NCBI GenBank assembly: GCA_963736115.1
Contig: CAVTNR010000014.1
Span: 64,001 to 128,000 of the forward strand
Length of the DNA: 64,000 nucleotides
Direction: 5' to 3'
DNA from: an uncultured bacterium
GTDB lineage: Bacteria > Zhuqueibacterota > QNDG01 > DTFT01
The position numbers and the translations under genes are program-made. Of this stretch, positions 56,078 to 64,000 are shown piece by piece (position 1 is the first letter of the stretch; every line of letters starts with the position of its first letter). The notes below the pieces were generated by a model. It was not told where the DNA came from. It saw only the letters and a list, made by a program, of their open reading frames with translations, and did not search any database.

Positions 56078-57379
56078 ATGGACGGGCCGTTTCGGAGTCG
56101 AACCATGCCAGGGCATAACGGACGATCCGTACTTCTCATGACGCTTCTGCTGGCAGCAGCGGCCGCAGGATTTTTTATTCCGACTTCAGGCAATCCATGG
56201 GCTTTCTCCCTTCTCAAGGCCGGATTGTTCGTCTGTGTTGCGGCCATCGGGCTGTTCGCGCTCTTTAAATCCCGTTTTCCATGGGAGAGCCGTCCGGCCG
56301 AAGCGCCGGCCCGCTCCGAAGAAGCCCGTGCCGGTTCCGGTCCGTCCGAGAGCGGCTCGGGCCGGTCGTGGGAGGGATTCGGCAAAGCGTTCGGGTCCTT
56401 CTATCGCAAATACCTGAAAATGGTCCGGGTTTCCATGGCCGCGTCCTCGATCGCCCTTTTCTTCCGCAAGGACGGCATACTCAAGCTCGAATACGGCGAG
56501 GACGCGGGAGGATCCATTGAACCGCATCTGGTATCGTCCGACGCCGGTCTTCTGGCCCAGGTCATGGCGAATAAAACGCCGTATCTTCAGAACCATCTGT
56601 CGTCCGGCTTTTCCATGTCCGGAAGGCCGGGCACCGAGGTCCGCTCCTTTCTCGGCGCGCCCCTTTGCGCCAAGGACGATGTCGTTGGAGTGCTCGCGAT
56701 CGGCAGCGAGGCGCCGGACGACTTCGGAGAGGCGGACCTCGCGATGGCGGCCCAGGTTGCGGACCTGATCACCGAGGTGATGTTCGCCTACCGGCAGGGC
56801 CTGGAGGAGGAAATCGAAGGGAAGGTCTTCAAGGTTCACCTCGATTTCATACGCCGCCTCAAATCGTCCGAGGGCGAGGATGAACTGGTCACGCACTTCA
56901 CGCAATGCCTCATGCGGCTGTTCCGGTTCGACCGGTTCACCCTGAACCTCCGCGCCGATAAAAGCGAGGAGGGCGTCATCCAGTTCGTCCAGGGCCAGAT
57001 GGACGGACTCGCGCCGGGCATCCGTTTCCCGCTTGACGAGGGACTCAGCGGATGGGTCCTGAAACGGAACACGCCGCTCATCATCGCGGACATCGGCGAG
57101 GGGGATTATCTGCGGCCCCGGTATTTCAAGGGGGAGAACAACAAGCACGGCCTTCGCTCATTTATCGGCGTCCCGCTCGGGGATGCCGGAGGCGCCTGGG
57201 GCTGTTTCAGCCTCGAGAGCCGCCGGCCCGGGCAGTACGGCGAAAAGGCGAGGGACGTGCTGATTAATTTCGCGACGCAGTTCGAGCTGGCTTTCCAGCG
57301 CATGCGCTGCGGCCGCCAGATTCAGTCCATCCGGCAGACCGACAATCCGTCGGGATCCGCCCGTTTCGAATTGGAATAG
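56078..57379 (+). CDS. Membrane-anchored double-GAF domain protein
   Basis: Two TM segments; RSFLGAPL…VGVLAI and GLSGWV…RSFIGVPL GAF motifs; no output domain. Confidence 0.8.
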   Translation: MDGPFRSRTMPGHNGRSVLLMTLLLAAAAAGFFIPTSGNPWAFSLLKAGLFVCVAAIGLFALFKSRFPWESRPAEAPARSEEARAGSGPSESGSGRSWEGFGKAFGSFYRKYLKMVRVSMAASSIALFFRKDGILKLEYGEDAGGSIEPHLVSSDAGLLAQVMANKTPYLQNHLSSGFSMSGRPGTEVRSFLGAPLCAKDDVVGVLAIGSEAPDDFGEADLAMAAQVADLITEVMFAYRQGLEEEIEGKVFKVHLDFIRRLKSSEGEDELVTHFTQCLMRLFRFDRFTLNLRADKSEEGVIQFVQGQMDGLAPGIRFPLDEGLSGWVLKRNTPLIIADIGEGDYLRPRYFKGENNKHGLRSFIGVPLGDAGGAWGCFSLESRRPGQYGEKARDVLINFATQFELAFQRMRCGRQIQSIRQTDNPSGSARFELE

Positions 57380-57395
57380 AAAGGAGTCGTCTTTC

Positions 57396-57590
57396 ATGGC
57401 CAAGGCAAAAAGCTTCGCCGACAAGGTGGCGAAGAACGCAATGGATTTCAAGAAGCATTGCCCCAAATGCAAGGAGCCGTACGCCAATATCCAGCTGGTG
57501 AAGGCTGAAAAATCCGCTTCCGGCAGCTGGCGTTTCAACGACCGTCATGTGGCTGTCTGCAAGTGCAACGAAAAGGAAGTCGTCCAATAA
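57396..57590 (+). CDS. Small basic zinc-ribbon protein, possible bL38/DUF4295 homolog
   Basis: AAAGGAG RBS; MAKAK…CPKC…VKAEKSASGSWRF…CKC. Confidence 0.7.
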   Translation: MAKAKSFADKVAKNAMDFKKHCPKCKEPYANIQLVKAEKSASGSWRFNDRHVAVCKCNEKEVVQ

Positions 57591-57616
57591 TCCGGAAAAC
57601 CCCCGAACCCGGCCGG

Positions 57617-58201
57617 ATGGTCCTGGCCACGCGGAATGCGGATAAAGTGGCGGAAATCAGGCGCATTCTGCGGCTTCCCCCCGGCGGTCTGGCCTCCCTC
57701 CTGGATTATCCGGAAATCCCGGAAATTGAAGAAACGGGTCTGACGCTCGAGGACAATGCGCTCATCAAAGCGAGGGAGTCGCACAAGCGGACGGGCCTGC
57801 CGTCCCTGGCCGACGACACGGGGCTGGAGGTGGAGGCACTGAAGGGCGCGCCGGGCGTTTTTTCCAGCCGTTTCGCCGGACCGGACGCGAGTTACGCGGA
57901 CAACCTGCTGAAGCTTCTCCGGGCAATGGAGGGGATACCCGAGGGCAGCCGTCAAGCGCGGTTCCGTTGTGTTGTGGCGCTCAAAGCGGGGGCACGCGAG
58001 GAATGGGTGGAGGGGAACCTCGAGGGCGTTATCCTGAGAGAATCGCGGGGCACGGGCGGATTCGGATACGATCCGGTCTTTTTCATCCCCCAGGCGGGCA
58101 AAACCCTCGCGGAGATGTCCATGGAGGAGAAGAACGCGGTCAGCCACAGGGGCGTCGCGTTCAGGCGCATGGCACAACTGCTCGCGGAAAGGCCGCTTTA
58201 A
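57617..58201 (+). CDS. rdgB: XTP/dITP diphosphatase (Ham1 family)
   Basis: LATRN..KV.EI, ADDTGL.V.AL.GAPGV.S.R, GFGYDPVF, SHRG. Confidence 0.95.
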   Translation: MVLATRNADKVAEIRRILRLPPGGLASLLDYPEIPEIEETGLTLEDNALIKARESHKRTGLPSLADDTGLEVEALKGAPGVFSSRFAGPDASYADNLLKLLRAMEGIPEGSRQARFRCVVALKAGAREEWVEGNLEGVILRESRGTGGFGYDPVFFIPQAGKTLAEMSMEEKNAVSHRGVAFRRMAQLLAERPL

Positions 58202-58233
58202 GGCGGAACCTTCCAGTACAGGAAAAAGGAGTT

Positions 58234-58308
58234 CGGGGCGTGGCGCAGCCCGGCTAGCGCACCTGCTTTGGGAGCAGGGAGTCGCAGGTTCGAATCCTGC
58301 CGCCCCGA
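58234..58308 (+). tRNA. tRNA-Pro(TGG), CCA not encoded
   Basis: Acceptor CGGGGCG/CGCCCCG; anticodon arm CCTGC-TTTGGGA-GCAGG; T-arm GCAGG-TTCGAAT-CCTGC. Confidence 0.97.
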
Positions 58309-58311
58309 CCG

Positions 58312-58367
58312 AAAAACCGGACTGCAGGATTCGCTTCATGCGGAGAATTGCAGTCCGGTTTGTTTTT
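58312..58367 (+). terminator. Terminator-like hairpin after tRNA
   Basis: AAACCGGACTGCA / TGCAGTCCGGTTT plus GTTTTT. Confidence 0.7.
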
Positions 58368-58466
58368 GGGTAGAGATTGGGGCGGAGGCGTTTGTGCGCT
58401 TTCGATACCTGCCGGCCGCATCCATCCGGCCGGAGATGCCGGAAATCACCAGAGGAGGGTGTTGCT

Positions 58467-60701
58467 ATGAAAATCGCATGGGTGGGTCGATTTCAGGTTC
58501 TTACACGGTTGTTTTTCGCCCTGCTTTTCTCCTCTGTCCCGGTCACGGATGCTTCATCCCCTGAATCCCTCGGCCCGTACGGCGGGCAGTTCGAGTGCAT
58601 CGGCGCATCCGCGTCCGACCCGGAAATCCTGTATGCGGGAACCTGGTACGGCGGCATCTGGAAATCGACGGATTCCGGAGAGCGCTGGAATTACCTGGGT
58701 TTCCGGGGAGACCGGGTGATCGAATCGATCGCCGTCGATTGCGGCGACCCGGACAGGGTCTTCTGCGGCTGGCGGGTTCCGAACAGCCGGACAAGCTCCA
58801 GCGGCGCGGCGAGAAGTCTGGATGGAGGCCTGACCTGGGAGGAGATATTCGCTCCCGTCCGCAAGGTCGCGGCATCTCCGCTTGTGAGAAACGTGGTATT
58901 CGTCGGCAATCAGAACGGTTTGTACCGTTCCACGGACGGCGGGGACGCATTCATCCGGATCGACACTTCATTCGGATACAACAATATCTTGGTGATCACG
59001 CCGGATCCGATCGATCCGGCCGTCTGTTACCTCGGCACGGATAATGCGATTTACAAGTCCGTCGATTCGGGCGACCATTGGGTCAAGCTGAGGGACGTCT
59101 TCGATTTCATGACGTATCCAGGCTATGTCAAAGACATCTCCGTGTCCGGGATCGACAACCGCATCGTTTTGACCGCGACCGGCCGGGACGGTCTCCTGGT
59201 CAGCGAGGACGGCGGCCTGACGTGGAGAAAGCGCGATTCCGGCGCGACGGGCGCTTTTTGCGATCCTGCGGACCGTGATGTCATTTATGCGGCCCATCTC
59301 AGCGGATTCGAAAAGAGCGAGGATCTCGGACGCACATTTCAACCGCTGAGTTCCGGACGATACACGTGGGCCAGCATGGTCGGAGGAAGCATTTGGGCGT
59401 ACGATGAAGAATCCGGCGGACTGCTGAGAAGCGGGGATCGGGGAGTATCATGGACGCTCGCGAACAGCGGGGCCTGCAATACCGAAGTCCTGTCGCTCCT
59501 GCATGAAGGAGAGGGCGGTCTTTTGGCCATCACACGCTCAGGATTCAGCGGTACGCTGATCCGGCTGAAAGGCGAGGCCTGGGAAATCGTCCGGGGCGTG
59601 CAGACGGGAAGCCGCCTATATTCAGGCGTAGAAAAGGATCGTCTGTATATGATCGGAGGATGGGAGGATTTCCACAAAAGCACGGATCAGGGGAACACAT
59701 GGGATGATGAATGCACCGGGCTTCCGTATTGCGTACCGGTGGATCTGGCTGTCGATGGAGACACACTGTATCTGGCCACTGTGATCGATTTCGAAGGGCT
59801 CGACGCTGGGATTTACAGGTCCACGGATGAGGGGGACACGTGGTCTTTGTCGAGCGAAGGTCTTCCGGGGTATACCCGGGAGCACCTGGGCATTTCTCGG
59901 ACAGGGCCGATCGACGTATATTCAGTCGCGATCGATCCGAGCCATCCCTGGCGCGTGTATGCCGGTTCCTACGGGCATTTTTTCAGATCGGACAATTCCG
60001 GGGGAAACTGGAAGCAGGTTTTCTCGTTCGACGGCCCTGAGCCTGGAGTGTTCGAGGCGGTCGTTCCGGATCCGGACGGGTCCGGCCGTGTCTTCGCGGT
60101 AGTCAACTTCTGGGATGACGAAAAACCGAACGCGCTTTATCGGAGCGAAAATGACGGGATTTCTTTCGAAAAAATCGACTGCCCGCTGGATCGGGTTCTC
60201 TGCCTGTATTTTGATCCGGACAACGGTTCCCTTTACGCCGGAGGGGAAAGCGGGGTTGTCCGTTCCACGGACAAGGGTTCGGAGTGGAAACGCGTCGGTG
60301 ATCCATGGGACCGGCAAGCCGTGTCCTGCCTGGCGAAAAGAGCCGGAAGCGATGAACTGTACGCCGGGACCGTCGAAAGCGGCGTGTACCGGATCCGTCT
60401 CGGCACGGGAGTCCTCGGAACCGGCAGAATGCAACCCGAGGCGTTACTTCTTTTCCAGAATCACCCGAATCCCTTCAACGCATCGACCATCATTCGTTTC
60501 AGGCTACCGCAGGCCGCGGTTGTGACACTGGACCTGTTCGACCGGACGGGAAGGAAGATCGAGACACTGATGTCCGGGTCCAGGGCGGCCGGGGAGCACA
60601 GGGCCGTCTGGCGGCCGGAGGGACTTCCGAGCGGCGTCTATCTGTGCCGGCTTCGGGCGGGCGGATACTCCGAAACCAGGAAGCTGATTCTGCAGAAGTG
60701 A
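58467..60701 (+). CDS. BNR/Asp-box (VPS10-like) beta-propeller protein with T9SS-type C-terminal domain
   Basis: GAGGAGG RBS; many S.D.G..W repeats; QNHPNPFNASTII…LPSGVYLCRL. Confidence 0.88.
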   Translation: MKIAWVGRFQVLTRLFFALLFSSVPVTDASSPESLGPYGGQFECIGASASDPEILYAGTWYGGIWKSTDSGERWNYLGFRGDRVIESIAVDCGDPDRVFCGWRVPNSRTSSSGAARSLDGGLTWEEIFAPVRKVAASPLVRNVVFVGNQNGLYRSTDGGDAFIRIDTSFGYNNILVITPDPIDPAVCYLGTDNAIYKSVDSGDHWVKLRDVFDFMTYPGYVKDISVSGIDNRIVLTATGRDGLLVSEDGGLTWRKRDSGATGAFCDPADRDVIYAAHLSGFEKSEDLGRTFQPLSSGRYTWASMVGGSIWAYDEESGGLLRSGDRGVSWTLANSGACNTEVLSLLHEGEGGLLAITRSGFSGTLIRLKGEAWEIVRGVQTGSRLYSGVEKDRLYMIGGWEDFHKSTDQGNTWDDECTGLPYCVPVDLAVDGDTLYLATVIDFEGLDAGIYRSTDEGDTWSLSSEGLPGYTREHLGISRTGPIDVYSVAIDPSHPWRVYAGSYGHFFRSDNSGGNWKQVFSFDGPEPGVFEAVVPDPDGSGRVFAVVNFWDDEKPNALYRSENDGISFEKIDCPLDRVLCLYFDPDNGSLYAGGESGVVRSTDKGSEWKRVGDPWDRQAVSCLAKRAGSDELYAGTVESGVYRIRLGTGVLGTGRMQPEALLLFQNHPNPFNASTIIRFRLPQAAVVTLDLFDRTGRKIETLMSGSRAAGEHRAVWRPEGLPSGVYLCRLRAGGYSETRKLILQK

Positions 60702-60868
60702 ACCGGATGTTCGGCTCCCGGTCATCCACTGCGATGTTTTAAAGGGAATTCCCAGCAGACCACGACGCGGGAGTCGGGAAAAACGCAGGTCGGGTGAAGG
60801 GACCTGTCCGGTCGTGAGCGTGTTTCCAAAATACCGGCACTCCTTTGATCAAAGACAAGGAGAAGTGA

Positions 60869-61780
60869 ATGATCCGTTCAACCGGAGCACAGAGCATTCT
60901 CGCGGTTTGCATCTCCATCGCGTCGATTTCGGCCGCGCAGGAGACACCTGGAGACACAGACCGGTCCGGGGCCGGAGCGGACACCGACCGCATCCGCGTC
61001 GTCATGCGCGCGGACGACTTCGGTTTCACGAACGCAGCCAATCAGGCGTGTATCCGGGCCTTTCGGGAGGGCATCCTCACCTCGGTGGAGGTTCTGGTTC
61101 AGGCGCCCTGGTTCCTGGCGGGCGCGGAACTGCTCAGGCAGAATCCCAGTCTGGATGCCGGCGTCCATCTCAGCCTGACCTGCGAATGGGATAATTACAA
61201 ATGGCCGCCTCTGTCGCACGCTCCGGGCCTGCGCATGCCAGACGGCTTTCTGCCCGTTACCAACGAAGATTTCGACGGTCTGAACGCTCCGCTCCAATCC
61301 GTGGAGCGGGAATTCCGAAATCAGATAGAAACGGCGCTCCGCCACATCCCTCAGCTCTCGCATCTGTCCACGCACATGTCCGCGCCGACATCGACCCCGG
61401 CGCTGCGCTTTCTCCTTGTGAAGCTGTCCCTGGAATACAAACTGCCGCTTCAACCCGCGGGCGTGACACAGATGGAGGGCATGTGGGGCGAACCGGTCGA
61501 GAAAAAGGAGTCCTTTCTCGCGGACGCCCTGTCCGGCTGCGGGCTCGGCGGCATGATGTTCGTCTGCCATCTGGCGCTGGATGACGCCGAAACCCGGGCG
61601 ATACGCGGAACCGGGCATGACGCCATGACGCGGATGGCGGCGCATCGGCAGGCTGAAACGGATGCGGTTATCAGTGCGACGATCAGGAAAATCATAATTG
61701 AAAGGGACATTTTACTGGTCGGTTACACCGGTAAAACCCGTCCCGAACCGTCACGGGAAGACATGAAAACCAATCCCTGA
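60869..61780 (+). CDS. ChbG/YdjC-family deacetylase, secreted
   Basis: RADDFG, GVHLSLTCEW, SHLSTHM; signal peptide. Confidence 0.85.
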   Translation: MIRSTGAQSILAVCISIASISAAQETPGDTDRSGAGADTDRIRVVMRADDFGFTNAANQACIRAFREGILTSVEVLVQAPWFLAGAELLRQNPSLDAGVHLSLTCEWDNYKWPPLSHAPGLRMPDGFLPVTNEDFDGLNAPLQSVEREFRNQIETALRHIPQLSHLSTHMSAPTSTPALRFLLVKLSLEYKLPLQPAGVTQMEGMWGEPVEKKESFLADALSGCGLGGMMFVCHLALDDAETRAIRGTGHDAMTRMAAHRQAETDAVISATIRKIIIERDILLVGYTGKTRPEPSREDMKTNP

Positions 61781-61924
61781 GACGGAACCAACCGGACTTT
61801 CACCGGACCGATCGGGCATGCCCGGATGGACCGCAAGTCAATCGGGCGGCCAGAAGTCTGTTCATTCCGGTTCCAATCTTTTTAGTGAGTCGGAGATTGG
61901 GCTTCTGGCCGCTCCGACGGGTCT

Positions 61925-62139
61925 GATTCCCCGGCTTCGCCGGACCAAGCAATGAGATTTGTTCATTATTGAAGGCCCGCCGCTTGCCTTCAATATGATA
62001 AAAAAATATACTAGCTTGGTCCCGCGCAGCGGGACGGCGTCCATCATCCAAGTTACTTGTGATTCCCCGTTGCTTGTCTTCAATACTTTAGATATAGAAT
62101 AGCTTGATCCCGCGCAGCGGGCGGCGGGGTCCTTCAATC
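61925..62139. repeat. Composite copy (full plus half unit) of the ~135-bp palindromic element
   Basis: TTCCCCGGCTTCGCCGGACCAAGC…TTGAAGGCCCGCCGCTTGCCTTCA…AGCTTGGTCCCGCGCAGCGGGACGGCG shared with 48206-48314. Confidence 0.88.
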
Positions 62140-62340
62140 ACGAATAACCGCAAGGAAGGTCCGGTTCCGGCCGGTATCTCGGTGTTCTCCACGAACCGAC
62201 GGGCGGTCAACGGAAAGACCGATCCCAATCCGCCGGAATCGGATAACCCGTGCAGACTGGAATGTTTTACTTTCATTTTGCCAAATCGTACATCCTTTTC
62301 AAACCTCCCCGATGGCTATTCTGCGAATATAGTTTATAAT

Positions 62341-62396
62341 AATCAAAAACTTAGACATGGATTGATTCCGTTCATTCCGTTGGCATATTATTTGTA
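62341..62396 (+). promoter_or_regulatory. IHF site plus sigma54-like promoter
   Basis: AATCAAAAACTTA (WATCAANNNNTTR) at 62341-62353; TGGCATATTATTTGTA at 62381-62396. Confidence 0.55.
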
Positions 62397-62450
62397 ATAT
62401 GCTCAATGGGATTTCTCCGAAAAGGGATTGTGATTTTAAGGGGATTGTTG

Positions 62451-62633
62451 ATGAACGGAACTCAAATCCGGGAACTCCGCGTCACCATGGGCCTGACGCA
62501 GGAGGAGTTCGCCCACCGTCTGGGAGTCACCCTCTGCACGGTGAACCGGTGGGAGAACAACAAAGTGGCTCCCAGCCGGCTCGCCATCAGACAGCTTCAG
62601 AGCATTGTTTCTTCGAAACGGAATCAGAATTGA
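62451..62633 (+). CDS. XRE-family HTH transcriptional regulator
   Basis: IRELR…GLTQEEFAHRLGVT..TVNRWEN…PS. Confidence 0.88.
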   Translation: MNGTQIRELRVTMGLTQEEFAHRLGVTLCTVNRWENNKVAPSRLAIRQLQSIVSSKRNQN

Positions 62634-62724
62634 AACGGCAAGGGATGCGTGTTCCGCGGAAACGCCGCGGCCGTGGGGGAGCGGGCCGGAAACGAGTTCA
62701 CCGATTGACAGGGAGTCGGATCCC

Positions 62725-63522
62725 ATGACTTGGAGTGACGCCGTCGGCGCCATGAATGCCGAGATACTCATCGTCGAGGACAGCCATACCCAGGCGCAGC
62801 ATCTCCGCCACGTTCTCGAACTCAACCGGTACAAAGTGACGATCGCCTACAACGGCGAGGAGGCCTGCCAGGCGCTTCTGAAGTTCAAGCCGACCATCAT
62901 CATCAGCGACGTGGTGATGCCCGAGATGGACGGCTACGAGCTTTGCCGGCGGATCAAGCAGAGCGAGGAAACCCGGAAGATCCCGGTGATCCTGCTCACT
63001 CAGCTTTCCAGCCCCCACGACATCATCAAAGGGCTCGAGTGCGGGGCCGATCATTTCATCACAAAGCCGTACAACAAGGAACACCTGCTTTCGCACCTGC
63101 AGTACATCTGCGTCAACCGGGAACTCCGCAAGAATTCCATGGCGGATCTCGGCATCGAGATATTTTTCGCGGGCCACAAGCATTTTCTCACTTCCGACCG
63201 GATCCAGATTCTGGACCTCCTCTTCTCGACCTATGAGGCGGTCATGCAGAAGAACCGGGAGCTCGAGCAGACGAATCAGCGGCTGCAGCATTCCCTGGAT
63301 ACCATCAAGACGCTCGGCGGTCTCATACCGATCTGCTCCCACTGCAAGAAAATCAGGAACGACAAGGGATACTGGCAGCAGCTGGAGATCTACATCAAGG
63401 AGCACACGGACGCGGAATTCACCCACGGATTGTGTCCGGAGTGCGAGAAATCGATCTATTCCAAGTATGCGACGAAGGACGACGGCCGGAAAAAGGCCCC
63501 CCGGAAACCCGCGGGACAATGA
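62725..63522 (+). CDS. Response regulator (receiver, coiled coil, C-terminal CxxC…HGLCPEC zinc domain)
   Basis: ILIVEDS, IISDVVMPEMDG, IPICSHCKKIR…FTHGLCPEC. Confidence 0.9.
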   Translation: MTWSDAVGAMNAEILIVEDSHTQAQHLRHVLELNRYKVTIAYNGEEACQALLKFKPTIIISDVVMPEMDGYELCRRIKQSEETRKIPVILLTQLSSPHDIIKGLECGADHFITKPYNKEHLLSHLQYICVNRELRKNSMADLGIEIFFAGHKHFLTSDRIQILDLLFSTYEAVMQKNRELEQTNQRLQHSLDTIKTLGGLIPICSHCKKIRNDKGYWQQLEIYIKEHTDAEFTHGLCPECEKSIYSKYATKDDGRKKAPRKPAGQ

Positions 63523-63929
63523 GGATGACATCCGACATGCCCAAGCGCATTCTTATCATCGAGAACAACGCGGTCTTCCGCAAGACGCTACGGATGCGTC
63601 TTGAGTCGAACGGGTATGAGACGGTAGACGCGGAGAGCGGATTGGAAGGCCTCAACGCGGTGCGCAAGGAGAATCCCGACCTCGTGATCACCGACATCAT
63701 GCTGCCCGGGCTCGACGGGCACAAGGTCTGCCGGATGATCAAGTTCGACCGGAAGCTGTCCCGCATTCCCGTCATTGTCCTGACATCGCGCGATCTGGAC
63801 CAGGACGCGGAGATCGCGAAACAGTGCGGCGCAGACGCGTTCGTCCTGAAGACCACACGGCCGCCGATACTGCTGGAGGTCATCCGCCGTCTGCTGGAGC
63901 GCGAGCAGACTGCGGAAACGTCCCCCTGA
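63519..63929 (+). CDS. Single-domain response regulator
   Basis: ILIIENN, DLVITDIMLPGLDG, GADAFVLK; ATGA overlap. Confidence 0.88.
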   Translation: MRMTSDMPKRILIIENNAVFRKTLRMRLESNGYETVDAESGLEGLNAVRKENPDLVITDIMLPGLDGHKVCRMIKFDRKLSRIPVIVLTSRDLDQDAEIAKQCGADAFVLKTTRPPILLEVIRRLLEREQTAETSP

Positions 63930-63958
63930 ACCGGCGTCCACCGGACGCCGGTTCAGGG
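63924..63958 (+). terminator. Strong hairpin at gene end
   Basis: CCCTGAACCGGCGTCC-ACC-GGACGCCGGTTCAGGG; no U-tract. Confidence 0.5.
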
Positions 63959-64000
63959 AGACACGTCACCCAACCTGGATTCAATGCTGGAGTTTTTCAT

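Noticed and set aside
58234-64000. Genomic island integrated at tRNA-Pro
   Set aside because: No integrase and no duplicated tRNA 3' end seen within the window

Overview
GC-rich chromosomal segment of an FCB-type bacterium. The lineage is inferred from the porX-tsaE synteny and two proteins with NxPNPFN C-terminal sorting domains; a KSB1/Calditrichota/Zixibacteria-like organism is plausible but not proven. Most of the window is housekeeping: UvrD-nuclease, rnhB, yraN, pdxA, SNF2, mutY, tsaE/tsaB/rimI/accD/surE/guaA/glmS, holA, an ECF sigma module, rdgB and tRNA-Pro. An AT-rich accessory block at ~21.6-28.6 kb is a degenerate integron cassette array with a candidate attI, four attC sites and no intI in the window. 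One attC is split by a complete IS1111-group (IS110-family) element. Its downstream RNA shows both target guides and both donor guides of a bridge/seekRNA, and the target loop overlaps the transposase C-terminus and stop codon. Other notable signals are: a dispersed ~135-bp palindromic element built from GCGNAGC mini-hairpins, one copy apparently in frame inside a gene's N-terminus; inverted heptamer-array elements; a candidate sigma54-driven anti-SD sRNA; three probable non-AUG starts in one gene run; an HtrA pseudo-protease in the sigma-E operon; and a possible zinc-binding bL38 homolog. All calls come from reading the sequence by eye; no database searches were run.
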